Source of the DNA: an uncultured Anaerolineales bacterium
GTDB taxonomy: Bacteria; Chloroflexota; Anaerolineae; Anaerolineales; RBG-16-64-43
Length of the DNA: 64,000 bases
Assembly: GCA_964353865.1 (NCBI GenBank)
Contig: CAYGXJ010000118.1
Location: forward strand, 2,049-66,048
Direction of reading: 5' to 3'
The notes below the pieces were generated by a model. The model was not told the DNA's origin, did not search any database, and worked only from the letters and a program-made list of their open reading frames with translations. Positions 45,598 to 56,208 of this stretch are shown piece after piece. The position numbers were made by a program, and so were the translations under genes. Each line of letters opens with the position of its first letter. Within the stretch, counting starts at the first letter, position 1.

Positions 45598-46815
45598 CTA
45601 ATCCGCTGGCGCCGACCCCGCGGCGATGGGAGTTGTGAAGTAGAAGGTCGCTCCGCGTCCCTCAGTGCTTTCGACCCAGATGCGGCCGCCGTGGGCCTCG
45701 ACCAGGTGCCGTGCGATGGCCAGGCCCAGACCGGTGCCCCCTCCGGAACGCGACCGATCTGCCTTGTAGAACCTCTCAAAGATGCGCAGCTGCGCTTCGT
45801 TCGAGATCCCGATGCCCGTGTCGCACACTGCAAAGCGCAACATCGTGTCGTCGGGCCGGGCTTCCAGGCGGAGCTGCCCGCCTGCCGGCGTGAACTTGAT
45901 GGCGTTATGCAGCAGGTTCACCAGGACTTGTTCGAGACGTGAGCGGTCCGCCAACACCTCGGGTAACCCCTCCGGGATGTCGACCTGTAGATCGAGCCCG
46001 GCCCGTGCAGCCTGAAGGCGCAACCTTTCGGCCGCCGAGTGCAGCAGGAGCTCCGCCGAGACGGGTTTGAGGTCGAGCGGCACTTGACCCGATTCGATCT
46101 TCGAGAGTTCGAGCAGCTCTTGGACGATTTGGACCAGCGAATCAAGTTCGGTATCAAGCCGCCCCAGGAAGGCATGCGCCAGACCCGGGTCTTCAAGCGC
46201 ACCCGTCTGCAGTGTTTCGGTGATGGCTTTGATCGACGCAAGCGGTGTGCGCAACTCATGCGAGATGTTGCTGACAAAGTCGCGGCGAACTCTCTCCAAC
46301 TGGCGCATCCGGGTCAGATCGCGCACGAGGATGAGGGCCAACCCGGGCAATGGGTCGCCCAGAGGCATGACCTCGATGGCCAAAGTCCGCCCCTCGATGG
46401 CCGTTTGAAATGTGGCGCTTTGCGGCGTTCCGCTGGCCAGTGCCTCGCGAAGGGTGTCAATCGCCTCATGGTGGCGCACTAACTCGGCAAAGGTGCTCGG
46501 CACACTGCCGGACGAGCCGTCCAGCAGCAGTGCGCGCGCGGCCCGGTTCAGCCAGACCACGCGGCCATCGGAGTCCACGAACAAGGCTCCTTCGGTCATC
46601 CGTTCAAGGACGGCCGCTGCCAGGCGTGCCGGATCGCCGAAGAGGTCACGAGGGTCTGGCCCCCCTGCAGAGGAGTGCATTGGAGCCTGGTCTCGCCGAT
46701 AAGAAGGTTTGGAATGGGCGCGTTCGCGGCGCGCGCGCCAGGCGAAGAAGGCAGCCGTCGCCACGCTCACCAAGGCCAGGCCGATGATTGCGAGGGTGAT
46801 GTTGATCAGGGTCAC
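45598..46815 (-). CDS. phoR: PhoR-like PAS sensor histidine kinase
   Basis: One N-terminal transmembrane helix, PAS domain, RRDFVSNISHELRTP, GTGLGLAI; lies in the pst locus. Confidence 0.85.
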   Translation of the reverse strand: MTLINITLAIIGLALVSVATAAFFAWRARRERAHSKPSYRRDQAPMHSSAGGPDPRDLFGDPARLAAAVLERMTEGALFVDSDGRVVWLNRAARALLLDGSSGSVPSTFAELVRHHEAIDTLREALASGTPQSATFQTAIEGRTLAIEVMPLGDPLPGLALILVRDLTRMRQLERVRRDFVSNISHELRTPLASIKAITETLQTGALEDPGLAHAFLGRLDTELDSLVQIVQELLELSKIESGQVPLDLKPVSAELLLHSAAERLRLQAARAGLDLQVDIPEGLPEVLADRSRLEQVLVNLLHNAIKFTPAGGQLRLEARPDDTMLRFAVCDTGIGISNEAQLRIFERFYKADRSRSGGGTGLGLAIARHLVEAHGGRIWVESTEGRGATFYFTTPIAAGSAPAD

Positions 46816-46842
46816 GACGATATGCCTCGGGTGGAGTGGCCC

Positions 46843-47553
46843 TCAGCCCTCGAAGCGGTAGCCCGCGCCGCGCACGGTGACCAGCCGCGTGGGGTGGCCC
46901 GGGTCGGGCTCGATGTGTTCGCGCAACCAACGCACGTGAACATCCACCGTCCGGCTGCCCCCTTCGTAAGTCCATCCCCACACGAGCTCCAGGAGCGTCT
47001 CACGGCCGAGTGCCTGACCGCGATGCTGAGCGAAGAAGAGCAGCAGGTCGTATTCCTTGGGTCGCAGCGGCAAGGCCTGCCCCCCGCGCCGCACCTCGTG
47101 TCGCCGCGGATCGATCGTCAGGTCGCCAAAAGTCATTGGCGAAGTGGGATCGGGGGCCGCCTGAGCCGAGGAGACCTGCCCCTCGATCATCCTCACCCGG
47201 CGCAGCATTGCGCGCACCCGCGCCATGAGCTCGCGCATGCTGAACGGCTTGGTCAAGTAGTCGTCGGCGCCCACTTCCAGCCCGACCACTCGATCCACTT
47301 CTGCATCGCGCGCGGTCAGCATGAGAATCGGAACGGTGGATTCGCGTCGAACGCTGCGGCATACCTCGAATCCGTCGATTCCGGGCAGCATGAGATCGAG
47401 CACGATCAGGTCGGGTTTGGCGGTACGCGCGAGCGCTATGGCAGCCGGGCCGTCGGCCGCCTGCTCCACCGAAAACCCTTCTTTGGTGAAGTTATAGGCC
47501 AGCGTCTCGCGCAGGATCGTTTCGTCTTCGACGACCAGGATCTTCTCGGCCAT
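46843..47553 (-). CDS. phoP: PhoB/PhoP-like OmpR-family response regulator
   Basis: Receiver domain plus winged helix ([19 protein letters not shown]); upstream of phoR and pst genes. Confidence 0.8.
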   Translation of the reverse strand: MAEKILVVEDETILRETLAYNFTKEGFSVEQAADGPAAIALARTAKPDLIVLDLMLPGIDGFEVCRSVRRESTVPILMLTARDAEVDRVVGLEVGADDYLTKPFSMRELMARVRAMLRRVRMIEGQVSSAQAAPDPTSPMTFGDLTIDPRRHEVRRGGQALPLRPKEYDLLLFFAQHRGQALGRETLLELVWGWTYEGGSRTVDVHVRWLREHIEPDPGHPTRLVTVRGAGYRFEG

Positions 47554-47662
47554 GGGGTGTCCGCAGCAAGGCTCTTGTGCACATCCTACCACGGCCGCAG
47601 GTGCGCCTTCGGTGGGCCCTGAGGGCCAGCCTGGCGCGGGCATACTGCTATACTTGATTGAT

Positions 47663-48940
47663 ATGGCCACCCGATTTCGAACCAGCCTCGCCCTGTGGCT
47701 GGCACTTCTGCTCTCCGCGTGCAGCCTCTTCCCCGGCCCTCAACCGGTGGGCCTGCCGACGGCGGAGGCCACGCCCACCACCTCGCCCGCGCTGATCAAC
47801 TTGGGCACCCCCGCCGCCACGGAGGTCACGCTGCGGCTGTGGCTGCCGGTCAGCTTCCGCGCAGACGAAGGATCGCCCGGCGGAGGCGTTCTGCGCGATC
47901 GACTGCACGACTTTGAGGTTGCCAACCCGGGTGTGCGCATCGATGTGCGCCTGCGCGCGGACTCCGGCCCGGGCGGGCTGCGCGACATGCTCGGCCTGGC
48001 CGCCGGGGCGGCACCCGGGGCCTTACCGGATGTGCTGGCGCTCGACCAGCCCAGCCTGCACGCCGCCGCGCTCAAGGGTCTTATTCACCCCCTTCCCGCA
48101 GGCGTGCAACCCGAAGAGAGCGCGGGCTGGTTGGCCTTCGTCGCGCCTCTCGCCACTGTGGATGGGCGGATGTACGGCATTCCATTTGTGGCCGACTGCC
48201 TGGTGCTGGCCCAGCGCGAACCTGCGCCCCGCGATCCTCCTCAATGGAAGAGCCTGACCACCTGGGATGATCAATTGCATCTGCCGCTGGCCGATCCGAG
48301 CGCGCGCATGCTGCTGCTGGCATATCACATGGAGGGGGGCGAGCTGCCTGCATCGGCGAGCACTCTCGCGCTGAATGCGGACGCGCTCGAGCGCAGCCTG
48401 GCCTGGCTGGCCGAACTGGACGAGCGCGGCGTGCTCTCGCCAGGCAGCTTGCAGCTGGCAACCCTCGAGCAGACGCTGCTCGCGCTGCACACTCGCGGAC
48501 GCGGCGCGGTGACTAGCTTCTCCGCGCTGGCCACGTCCACGCGCTCGCGCTCCGGCCTCTCGGGAAGCTTGCCGCCGACGCCCAGCACCCAGGCGAGCAC
48601 CCTGGTGACCGGATGGGCTTGGGCCGCAACGGCGGTGGAAGGCGATCGCGCGCAAATGGCCACCCGGCTGCTGGCCTGGTTGAGCGATGCGCAGTTCCTG
48701 GGTGAATGGACGCGCGCGCAGGGCATGCTGCCCACCCGCCAGGGTGCGCTGGCGGCATGGCCTGCGGATTCTCTCACGGCGCTGGCCGGGGAGTGCGCGC
48801 AGGCCGGCGAGGCGCAGCCCTCGGAAGAAGTGCTCGTGACACTCGGCCCGCTCCTGGACCGCGCCGTCCGGCAGGTTCTGCTGGAGGGTGTGTCGCCGCA
48901 CGAGGCGGCCCAGGCCGCCGCGGCTGCCATTCGTCCATGA
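47663..48940 (+). CDS. Extracellular solute-binding lipoprotein (sugar-binding family 1-like), divergent
   Basis: Lipobox LSAC; [21 protein letters not shown]-terminal [13 protein letters not shown]. Confidence 0.7.
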   Translation: MATRFRTSLALWLALLLSACSLFPGPQPVGLPTAEATPTTSPALINLGTPAATEVTLRLWLPVSFRADEGSPGGGVLRDRLHDFEVANPGVRIDVRLRADSGPGGLRDMLGLAAGAAPGALPDVLALDQPSLHAAALKGLIHPLPAGVQPEESAGWLAFVAPLATVDGRMYGIPFVADCLVLAQREPAPRDPPQWKSLTTWDDQLHLPLADPSARMLLLAYHMEGGELPASASTLALNADALERSLAWLAELDERGVLSPGSLQLATLEQTLLALHTRGRGAVTSFSALATSTRSRSGLSGSLPPTPSTQASTLVTGWAWAATAVEGDRAQMATRLLAWLSDAQFLGEWTRAQGMLPTRQGALAAWPADSLTALAGECAQAGEAQPSEEVLVTLGPLLDRAVRQVLLEGVSPHEAAQAAAAAIRP

Positions 48941-50253
48941 GCGTCCCCTCCTGGTCGAATCACCTGGCCGCGCTGGAGACGATCCGCGGCGAGGCGCTGA
49001 GGGCGGTCGACCCACACCGCCTGGTGGCCGGGGTCTTGGCCTTCGAGAACGGAATCCTCACCGCGGGCGAACGACGCGTCGTCCTCCCCCGCGGCGGAAC
49101 AGTCTCAATCGTTGCGCTGGGCAAAGCGGCCGCGGGCATGGCCGCCGCAGCCGCCGACGTACTGCAAGTCGCCTACGCGCGCGGGCTGGTTGTTTCTGCG
49201 CAGAGACCGGCCCGTCTGCCACCCCGATTCGATCTTATTCTCGGCGGGCACCCGCTCTCCACCGAAGGCAGCCTCGAGGCGGGGCGGCGCATCGCGCGAA
49301 TGGCACACAACCTCGGCCCAAAAGATACCTTACTGGCACTTGTCTCCGGCGGCGGCTCGGCCCTGGTCGAACACCTGCGTCCGCCGCTCACCCTCGACGA
49401 CTTGCGCCAGGTGCAAGAGCACATGCTACGCTCGGGCGCAGACATCCGGGCTTTCAACCTCGTGCGGGCGACTCTTTCCCAGATCAAGCGCGGCGGGCTG
49501 GCCCGCATGGCTCAGCCGGCGCAGACCATCGGCCTGATCCTGTCCGACATCATCGGCGATCCACTGGCCGACGTCGCCTCGGGGCCAACGGTCGACGAGC
49601 CCGCCGATGGCGCCCAGGCGCGCGCCATCCTGACACACCTGGCGTTGTGGGAGGCGTTGCCCGCTGCAGTGAGAACCGTGATCACCGAGTTCCCGCTAGC
49701 ACCCGAAGCGACTCGACCGACGGCCTACAACCTGCTCATCGGTTCGAGCGCAACGGCTGCCAGCGCGGCGCAAGAGTGCGCACGCTGGCTCGGGTTCAAC
49801 GCGGATGTTGTCTCGCTGGAGGTCAGCGGGGAAGCCCTGCAGGTCGGCCGGCAGCTGGCCGGGATCGCTCTCGATGCGCGCGCCGAGGCCGGGCCGGGGA
49901 CGCTGCCGCGGGCCATGATCTTTGCCGGCGAGACGACCGTGACCATGCGCGGCCACGGCAGCGGCGGGCGCAACCAGGAGGCCGCACTCGGGGCGGCGCA
50001 AAGAATGGCCGGTGCCGAGGGTGTGGCCATGATGATGCTGGCCATGGACGGCGTGGACGGGAACAGCCCGGCCGCCGGTGCGATCGTCAGCGGCACGAGC
50101 GCTGCAACAGCCGCGGAGCTCGGATACGACATCGAGGTCACCCTGCGAGAAAACGACAGCCATGGGCTGCTGCACGCAATGGGTGCATGTGTGCACACCG
50201 GCCCCACCGGCACGAACGTGAACGACCTGATGGTGGCGTTGGTGTATCCCTAA
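48937..50253 (+). CDS. Glycerate kinase type 2 (DUF4147/MOFRL, TtuD-like)
   Basis: GKAAAGMA, GHP, SGGGSAL, SDIIGD, GGRNQE, GPTGTNVND. Confidence 0.9.
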   Translation: MSVPSWSNHLAALETIRGEALRAVDPHRLVAGVLAFENGILTAGERRVVLPRGGTVSIVALGKAAAGMAAAAADVLQVAYARGLVVSAQRPARLPPRFDLILGGHPLSTEGSLEAGRRIARMAHNLGPKDTLLALVSGGGSALVEHLRPPLTLDDLRQVQEHMLRSGADIRAFNLVRATLSQIKRGGLARMAQPAQTIGLILSDIIGDPLADVASGPTVDEPADGAQARAILTHLALWEALPAAVRTVITEFPLAPEATRPTAYNLLIGSSATAASAAQECARWLGFNADVVSLEVSGEALQVGRQLAGIALDARAEAGPGTLPRAMIFAGETTVTMRGHGSGGRNQEAALGAAQRMAGAEGVAMMMLAMDGVDGNSPAAGAIVSGTSAATAAELGYDIEVTLRENDSHGLLHAMGACVHTGPTGTNVNDLMVALVYP

Positions 50254-50358
50254 CACCCGACCCATGGGCGCGCGGGTATAATCCCGCGGTGCGCACCGAA
50301 TGCCGCGCCTCGAGCCCGCGGCAGCGCGGATGCGTAAATTCCATCGAGGATCCGTCGC

Positions 50359-51816
50359 ATGATTCACTTTGGCACCGATGGTTGGCGCGCGGTCATTTCC
50401 GACACGTTCACTTTCGGCAACCTACGGCTGGTTACGCAAGCCATCGCCGACGCCGTCGCGGCTCCGGATTGGGACGAACCGCTGCGCCAGCAGCCCTCCG
50501 TCGACGCGCACACGATGGTGGTCGGCTTCGACACGCGCTTCCTGTCGGACCGCTACGCGGCCGACGTGGCGCGCGTGCTGGCGGGCAATGGATACACCGT
50601 GCATCTGGCGCATGCCGATGCCCCCACGCCCGCCATCTCGCTCGCCGTGCGCCACCTTAAGGCGATCGCCGGGGTGATGATCACCGCCTCGCACAACGCC
50701 CCACGCTACAACGGGGTGAAGCTCAAGGCCTCCTACGGCGGTTCGGCACTGCCCGAGCAGTGCCGCCGGGTGGAGGTGTACCTGAGCGACAACGAGCTGC
50801 GAGGGCGCGGGCCGAACCTGATGGATTTCGAGCAGGCCACCTCCAAGGGGCTCATCCGCCGTTTCAACCCGACCACCGGGTACTTCGATCATCTGCGCAC
50901 GCTCATCAACTTCGACCTGATCGCCGGCCACGCGCCACGGGTGGTGGTCGACTCGATGTTCGGCGCCGGCCGCGGTCAGATCAAAGGCATTCTGCAGGGC
51001 ACCGGCTGCGAAGTCTTTGAGGTCCGCGGCGAAATGAATCCCGGGTTCGGCGGCGTGCACCCCGAACCGATCGCGCGCTACCTGGGCCCACTGGCGGGCG
51101 CCATCGCCGCCGGGCACGGCGAACTGGGGGTGGCCACCGATGGCGACGCCGACCGCATCGGCGCGATGGACGGACGCGGACAATTCGTCGACCCGCACAA
51201 GATCATGGCCCTCGCCTTGCGTTACCTGGTGGAGAAACGCGGGCTGCGCGGCAAGGTGATCAAGACCGTTTCGACCACCCAAATGATCAACCGCCTGGCC
51301 GACCGGTACGGGCTCGAGCTGCATGAGACTCCGGTGGGGTTCAATCACATCGCAGACTACATGGTCGGCGGCGACGTACTTATCGGCGGCGAGGAGTCCG
51401 GCGGCATCAGCTTCGCGGGGCACATCCCCGAAGGCGACGGCGTGCTGATGGGCCTGCTGCTCGTTGAAATGGTGGCCGCCTACGGCGCGCCGCTGGAAGA
51501 ACTGGTGGCGGACCTATTGAAGACCGTGGGTCCGGTCCACTACGAACGGAAGGATCTGCGCCTCGCCCACCCGGTCAATAAGGCCGCGCTCACGCGCAAA
51601 CTGAGCGAAAACCCTCCCGGCGATCTGGGAGGCGTGCGCGTGCAAGAGGTGCGCAGCCTGGACGGGATCAAGTACATCCTGGCGGATGACTCGTGGTTGC
51701 TGATCCGGCCCTCGGGCACCGAGCCGGTGCTGCGCGTTTACGCCGAGGCGCGCGAGCCGCGCATGATCGAAGTGCTGCTCTCCTTCGGGCAGAAGGTAGC
51801 GCAGGACGCCATTTAG
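50359..51816 (+). CDS. Phosphoglucomutase/phosphomannomutase family protein
   Basis: FGTDGWR, ITASHN, DGDADR, GEESGG, RPSGTEP; TATAAT at 50277-50282. Confidence 0.95.
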   Translation: MIHFGTDGWRAVISDTFTFGNLRLVTQAIADAVAAPDWDEPLRQQPSVDAHTMVVGFDTRFLSDRYAADVARVLAGNGYTVHLAHADAPTPAISLAVRHLKAIAGVMITASHNAPRYNGVKLKASYGGSALPEQCRRVEVYLSDNELRGRGPNLMDFEQATSKGLIRRFNPTTGYFDHLRTLINFDLIAGHAPRVVVDSMFGAGRGQIKGILQGTGCEVFEVRGEMNPGFGGVHPEPIARYLGPLAGAIAAGHGELGVATDGDADRIGAMDGRGQFVDPHKIMALALRYLVEKRGLRGKVIKTVSTTQMINRLADRYGLELHETPVGFNHIADYMVGGDVLIGGEESGGISFAGHIPEGDGVLMGLLLVEMVAAYGAPLEELVADLLKTVGPVHYERKDLRLAHPVNKAALTRKLSENPPGDLGGVRVQEVRSLDGIKYILADDSWLLIRPSGTEPVLRVYAEAREPRMIEVLLSFGQKVAQDAI

Positions 51817-51841
51817 CCCGCCGGCGCAGGAAGGACCCACC

Positions 51842-52363
51842 ATGCAGTTCAACCAACTTATCACCGCGCGCCGCTCGGTGCGGGCATACACCTCCCAACC
51901 GATCGAAGAAGGTGTGGTCGAGCGCGTACTGCAGGCGGTGAGCTGCGCGCCTTCGGCCGGCAACTTGCAGGCCTACCAGGTCTGCCTGGCACGCTCAAGC
52001 GAGGTGCGGGCAGCGCTCGCCCGCGCCGCGGGCGGACAGTCCTTCATTGAACAGGCGCCGCTGGCACTCGTCTTCTGCACCAACGCCGGGCGGGCGGCCG
52101 CGCGCTACGGGCAGCGCGGGGCGACGCTCTACACGGTTCAGGATGCGACCATTGCCTGCACCTACGCCATGCTGGCCGCGGTGGATGAAGGCCTGGCGTG
52201 CGTGTGGGTCGGCGCGTTCGACGAGGCCGCGGTGCGTCTGGCCATCGGGGCCCCCGGGGAATGGGCTCCGATCGCGATTCTCCCTATCGGTCACGCTGCC
52301 GAAACGCCGCCCGCCTCTCGGCGGCGCAAACTGAGCGACCTGGTGCGGGAGGTCGGAGCGTAA
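51842..52363 (+). CDS. Nitroreductase family protein
   Basis: RRSVRAY, APSAGNLQ, GLACVWVGAF. Confidence 0.92.
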   Translation: MQFNQLITARRSVRAYTSQPIEEGVVERVLQAVSCAPSAGNLQAYQVCLARSSEVRAALARAAGGQSFIEQAPLALVFCTNAGRAAARYGQRGATLYTVQDATIACTYAMLAAVDEGLACVWVGAFDEAAVRLAIGAPGEWAPIAILPIGHAAETPPASRRRKLSDLVREVGA

Positions 52364-52464
52364 CACGTTGCCGGCCGTGGCCGCCGGAACGGCGAGAGCA
52401 ACCGCAAACGCACAACGAGGGCAGCCAGGCTGCCCTCGTTGGATGTCGGCATGAGCTGAAGAAT

Positions 52465-53514
52465 CTACGGAATGGTTCCATGCCGCCGCTCGGGCAACGC
52501 CCGTGGCGGTTCGATCCACGTCTCGTACGCGGCGCGGGCCACCCTCCCGATCAGGAGCATCGACTCTTCGTAATCGGCCGAACTGGTCTTGTTGCCCAGG
52601 ACGACGATGACGAGCACCTTGCCTTTTGCCTCGACGATGCCCGTGTCGGCCACCACACCCGCGCCGTTCTCGAACGTGGTGCCCGTCTTGTTGGCCAGGG
52701 TTGCCCGCACCTCATCCGGCAGCCCGCTGCCGATGCGCTGGCTCTGGCTCGGTTTGGGCACCCGCATGATGGACAGGATGCGGGCGCTCGACTCCGGCAT
52801 AAGCGCTTCTTCATTATAGAGGAGCTCCAGCAGGCGGGCCAAATCCGCCGGCGTTGAGCGGCGCGGGATGAAGGTGGTGTGGGTCACGCCCCACGACTGC
52901 CACCGGTCAACCAAGTGGTAGCCTGGCTGGGCATCCAAAAAGGCCGCCAGCCGCACGGTGGCCGACTCCTCGGACTTGATCAGCATGGCTTCGAGCAGTT
53001 GAATGAACGAGCGCTGACCGGCTTGCGGCCCATTCGTCCACTTCACCTCCGGATGGCGCTCCATCCAGTACAAGAGGTCCATGGCGATGCCCACCTTGAT
53101 GGTGGATGCAGGATGGAAGACCTCCTCGCTGCGAACGGCCACGCTCTCGCCGCGGGTCAACTCCTCAACATATACGCCCCACGTGCCGGAAGGCGCCTGG
53201 CGCAGCAGTGCCCGGATCTGCTCTTCGAGCATCCACAATACCTGCTGTCGGGGAACTTGGGTTGGCGGATGGGCGGTGCGGAAGGGAATCGGAGTGGCCG
53301 TGGCAGACGGCGTGGGGCCAACCACGGGCGAAGCCGTTGCGGCCGCCAAGTGCGACCCGGCTGCGCGGGTGGCGGAGGGTCCGGCGATCGATCCGGGTCC
53401 TGCGATGCAGCCACCCAGGACCGATGCGAGGAGCATCCCGATTGCGACCCGGCCAGCGCGCGAGGAGGAGGCCCGGCTGCCCCCGGCGCGGGCGCTGGGT
53501 GATTTGTGCGGCAC
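52465..53514 (-). CDS. Serine hydrolase lipoprotein, class A beta-lactamase fold
   Basis: Lipobox LGGC and Pro/Thr linker; ASTIK (SxxK) and NKTG; the SDN position reads SEE. Start is approximate. Confidence 0.8.
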   Translation of the reverse strand: MPHKSPSARAGGSRASSSRAGRVAIGMLLASVLGGCIAGPGSIAGPSATRAAGSHLAAATASPVVGPTPSATATPIPFRTAHPPTQVPRQQVLWMLEEQIRALLRQAPSGTWGVYVEELTRGESVAVRSEEVFHPASTIKVGIAMDLLYWMERHPEVKWTNGPQAGQRSFIQLLEAMLIKSEESATVRLAAFLDAQPGYHLVDRWQSWGVTHTTFIPRRSTPADLARLLELLYNEEALMPESSARILSIMRVPKPSQSQRIGSGLPDEVRATLANKTGTTFENGAGVVADTGIVEAKGKVLVIVVLGNKTSSADYEESMLLIGRVARAAYETWIEPPRALPERRHGTIP

Positions 53515-53689
53515 GATCGGCCAACTCCAATGCGAGAGGCTGGTCGAGGGTGATGGAAGCTGCGTGCATATTCTCATAGAGAGGCAGCAGACTGAAGGCT
53601 ATCCGTCGGCGCGTCTCCGCCATCCTTCTCGGCTTTTTTGGCGCAGGCTGGATGGTACCGCACATTCGTGGGGTGCAGGAGAGCGGGCC

Positions 53690-55060
53690 CTACCCCGGGG
53701 CTGGAGCGAGCACCAGACTGAAACGGGCGCCGCCTTCGGGCAAGTTATCAGCCGAGAGATCGCCCCCCTGCGCTTCCGCCAGCTTGCGCGCGATGGCCAG
53801 CCCCAGGCCCGTCCCGCCCTCCACCCGTGAGCGGCCCCGATCTGCGCGATAGAAGCGCTCGAATACGTGCGCCAACGCCTCGGGCGGGATACCGCTGCCC
53901 GTGTCGGTCACGTCGATGCGCACACGCCCGCTGCCCAACGGGAGTACCTGCATCGTGACCTTTCCGCCCTCGGGGGTATGCCGGATGGCATTGTTCACCA
54001 GGTTGGAAAGGATTTGCTCGAGCCGCTGCGGGTCCACGGCCGCCAGGGCTGAGCGCGCTCCTTCGAGGCGCAGGCCCACCTTTTTCGAGGCGGCACGCAG
54101 CTCGAAGGCGCTCGCCACACGGCGCAGCACCGGGACCACATCGGTCGCCCCGATTTCCATCGCCAACCGGCCGGCATCGGCCAGGGCCAGGGTGCGCAGA
54201 TCTTCCACCAGGCGCGTGAGCAGACGTACGCTTTCGAGAACGGGTTCGAGATTCTCAGCCGTCGCGGGGTAAACCCCGTCGACGAGCGACTCGACATTGG
54301 CCTGGATGACTGCAATCGGGTTGCGTAGTTCGTGGGCGATGTCGGCCGTCATTTCCTTGCGCAGTCCTTCCTGGCGCTGGATCTCACCGACCAGCCGGCG
54401 GAAGGACTCGGTGAGTTCGCCCACCTCATCATGCGAGGCAGGTGGCAGGTCCAGGTTGCGCTCGCCCCGTGCAAAGCGATTCATCGAGGCCGAGAGCGAG
54501 CGCAGGGGCGCGGTGAGCCCGCGGCTGAGCACGACCGCCAGCACCAGCCCCAACAACCCGCCCAATCCGGCGGCCAGCCAGATGGCGCGGTTCACCCGGC
54601 CGATAAGGAAGCTCTCCTGCGTGCCGATGGGAAGCCCCACCCCGCTCATGCCGCCCAAGAGCAACAGGGTCCCCACCCTGGAACTCTCGACGACCACCGG
54701 CGCGCCGCGGGCGATTTCTTCTCCTGCAAGGATCGACCCGCGCAGCGTGCCGCTACTGTCGCCGACCACGATGCCTGCCGAATCCGCCAACACCAGGCGC
54801 TGGCCCATCATCGCGCCGAAGCCGCCTGGCCCTGGGCCGTGCGATGGAACGAGCAAGGCTTCCACCCCGTCCCAGTTGCCGCGTTCCGCGTAGAACTTGC
54901 CCAGCTTGCTGGTGATGCCTTCGGGGGCCGTCATGCTGCCCGCGAACATGAAACCGCGCACTTCGCGCGCGGCGGAACTGTAGGCCACCACAGCCACGAC
55001 GACCAGGGTCATCGTCAGCAGCAGCGCAAAGGCAAAGAGCAGTTTGGTTGAAAGTCGCAT
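53690..55060 (-). CDS. HAMP sensor histidine kinase (BaeS-like)
   Basis: Two transmembrane helices, HAMP, ADIAHELRNP, NAIRH, GTGLGLAI. Confidence 0.92.
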   Translation of the reverse strand: MRLSTKLLFAFALLLTMTLVVVAVVAYSSAAREVRGFMFAGSMTAPEGITSKLGKFYAERGNWDGVEALLVPSHGPGPGGFGAMMGQRLVLADSAGIVVGDSSGTLRGSILAGEEIARGAPVVVESSRVGTLLLLGGMSGVGLPIGTQESFLIGRVNRAIWLAAGLGGLLGLVLAVVLSRGLTAPLRSLSASMNRFARGERNLDLPPASHDEVGELTESFRRLVGEIQRQEGLRKEMTADIAHELRNPIAVIQANVESLVDGVYPATAENLEPVLESVRLLTRLVEDLRTLALADAGRLAMEIGATDVVPVLRRVASAFELRAASKKVGLRLEGARSALAAVDPQRLEQILSNLVNNAIRHTPEGGKVTMQVLPLGSGRVRIDVTDTGSGIPPEALAHVFERFYRADRGRSRVEGGTGLGLAIARKLAEAQGGDLSADNLPEGGARFSLVLAPAPG

Positions 55061-55065
55061 CGCCG

Positions 55066-55749
55066 CTAGCCTTCCGCGAACTTGTAGCCCACGCCGAAAA
55101 CAGTCAGGATGTAGTGCGGGTGGCGAGGATCCCGCTCAAGCTTGGCCCGCAAGTTCTTGATGTGGGCGTCGATCGTTCGTTCGTAGCCCTCGAAGGCATC
55201 GCCCTGCGCCGATTCGAGTAATTGCATGCGCGAGAAGGCCCGTCCGGGTTGGTGGGCCATGGTCACGAGCAGGTTGAATTCCGTCGGCGTAAGCTCAAGG
55301 GTCTGCCCGCCGCGGGTGACCGTGTGGCGCGGGAGGCTGATCTCCAGATCGCCGCTGCGGATGAGTTCGACCGCCTCGTGCGGGGCCCGGCTGCGGCGCA
55401 ACACGGCGCGCACACGCGCCACCACTTCGCGGGGCGAGAACGGCTTGGGCACATAGTCGTCGGCACCCAATTCCAGGCCGATGAGGCGGTCGGTTTCCTC
55501 CACCCGTGCCGTGAGCATGATGATCGGGGTATCGCCCAGCTTGCGGATGGCGCGCGCCACCTCGAAACCGTCCATCCCCGGCAGGTTGAGATCCAACACC
55601 ACCAGGTCCGGGTGGCGCGCTTGGAACTGGGTCAGCGCCTCGGAGCCGCTGTGGGCCGCCGTCACGCGATAGCCGGCCTGCTCGAGATAGCCGCGCAGCA
55701 CGCGCACCAGCTGAGGTTCGTCATCCACTACCAAGATTGTGGAACTCAT
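55066..55749 (-). CDS. OmpR-family response regulator
   Basis: VVDDEP, DLNLPGMDG, LTPTEF, ERTIDAHIKNLR. Confidence 0.94.
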   Translation of the reverse strand: MSSTILVVDDEPQLVRVLRGYLEQAGYRVTAAHSGSEALTQFQARHPDLVVLDLNLPGMDGFEVARAIRKLGDTPIIMLTARVEETDRLIGLELGADDYVPKPFSPREVVARVRAVLRRSRAPHEAVELIRSGDLEISLPRHTVTRGGQTLELTPTEFNLLVTMAHQPGRAFSRMQLLESAQGDAFEGYERTIDAHIKNLRAKLERDPRHPHYILTVFGVGYKFAEG

Positions 55750-55854
55750 CGCGACATCCAATGCGCCGCGCGACAAGCGCGGCGCAGGAGGATTATACAA
55801 TCCCTGAAACGGAGCGGAGGGCGCGAGCGGCGCCCTCCGCGGAAACCCCATCCC

Positions 55855-56208
55855 TTAGAGCTTCTGGCCGCAAGCCGGGCATGCGACCCAGCCCGCCTGA
55901 ACCGGCCGACTGCACGCCGGGCAGCTGGCCATCGCCACCTTGGGGCGGGCCACCCCCCGGATGAGGGCGACCACGCCCACGACAACGAGCGCCAGGACGG
56001 TCAGCGGCACGAGCAGCCGCAGGATCATCCACGCCCCAGCCATCAGCGGGAAGGCTCCCATCATCCCCCAGCCGCCCATGTGCCCTGGCAGGAATCCCGC
56101 GCCGCGCATCATACCCGCCCCGCGGGCGAAGAACGGCAGAGCCACGGCAAAGGCCAAGACGAGCAGCACCAGGAAGACAATCAGCATCCACCACGGGAAC
56201 TTCTTCAT
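55855..56208 (-). CDS. Small membrane protein with Gly/Met-rich loop and C-terminal zinc ribbon
   Basis: Two transmembrane helices, GMMRG..GHMGGWGMMG, CPAC...CPAC. Confidence 0.75.
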   Translation of the reverse strand: MKKFPWWMLIVFLVLLVLAFAVALPFFARGAGMMRGAGFLPGHMGGWGMMGAFPLMAGAWMILRLLVPLTVLALVVVGVVALIRGVARPKVAMASCPACSRPVQAGWVACPACGQKL

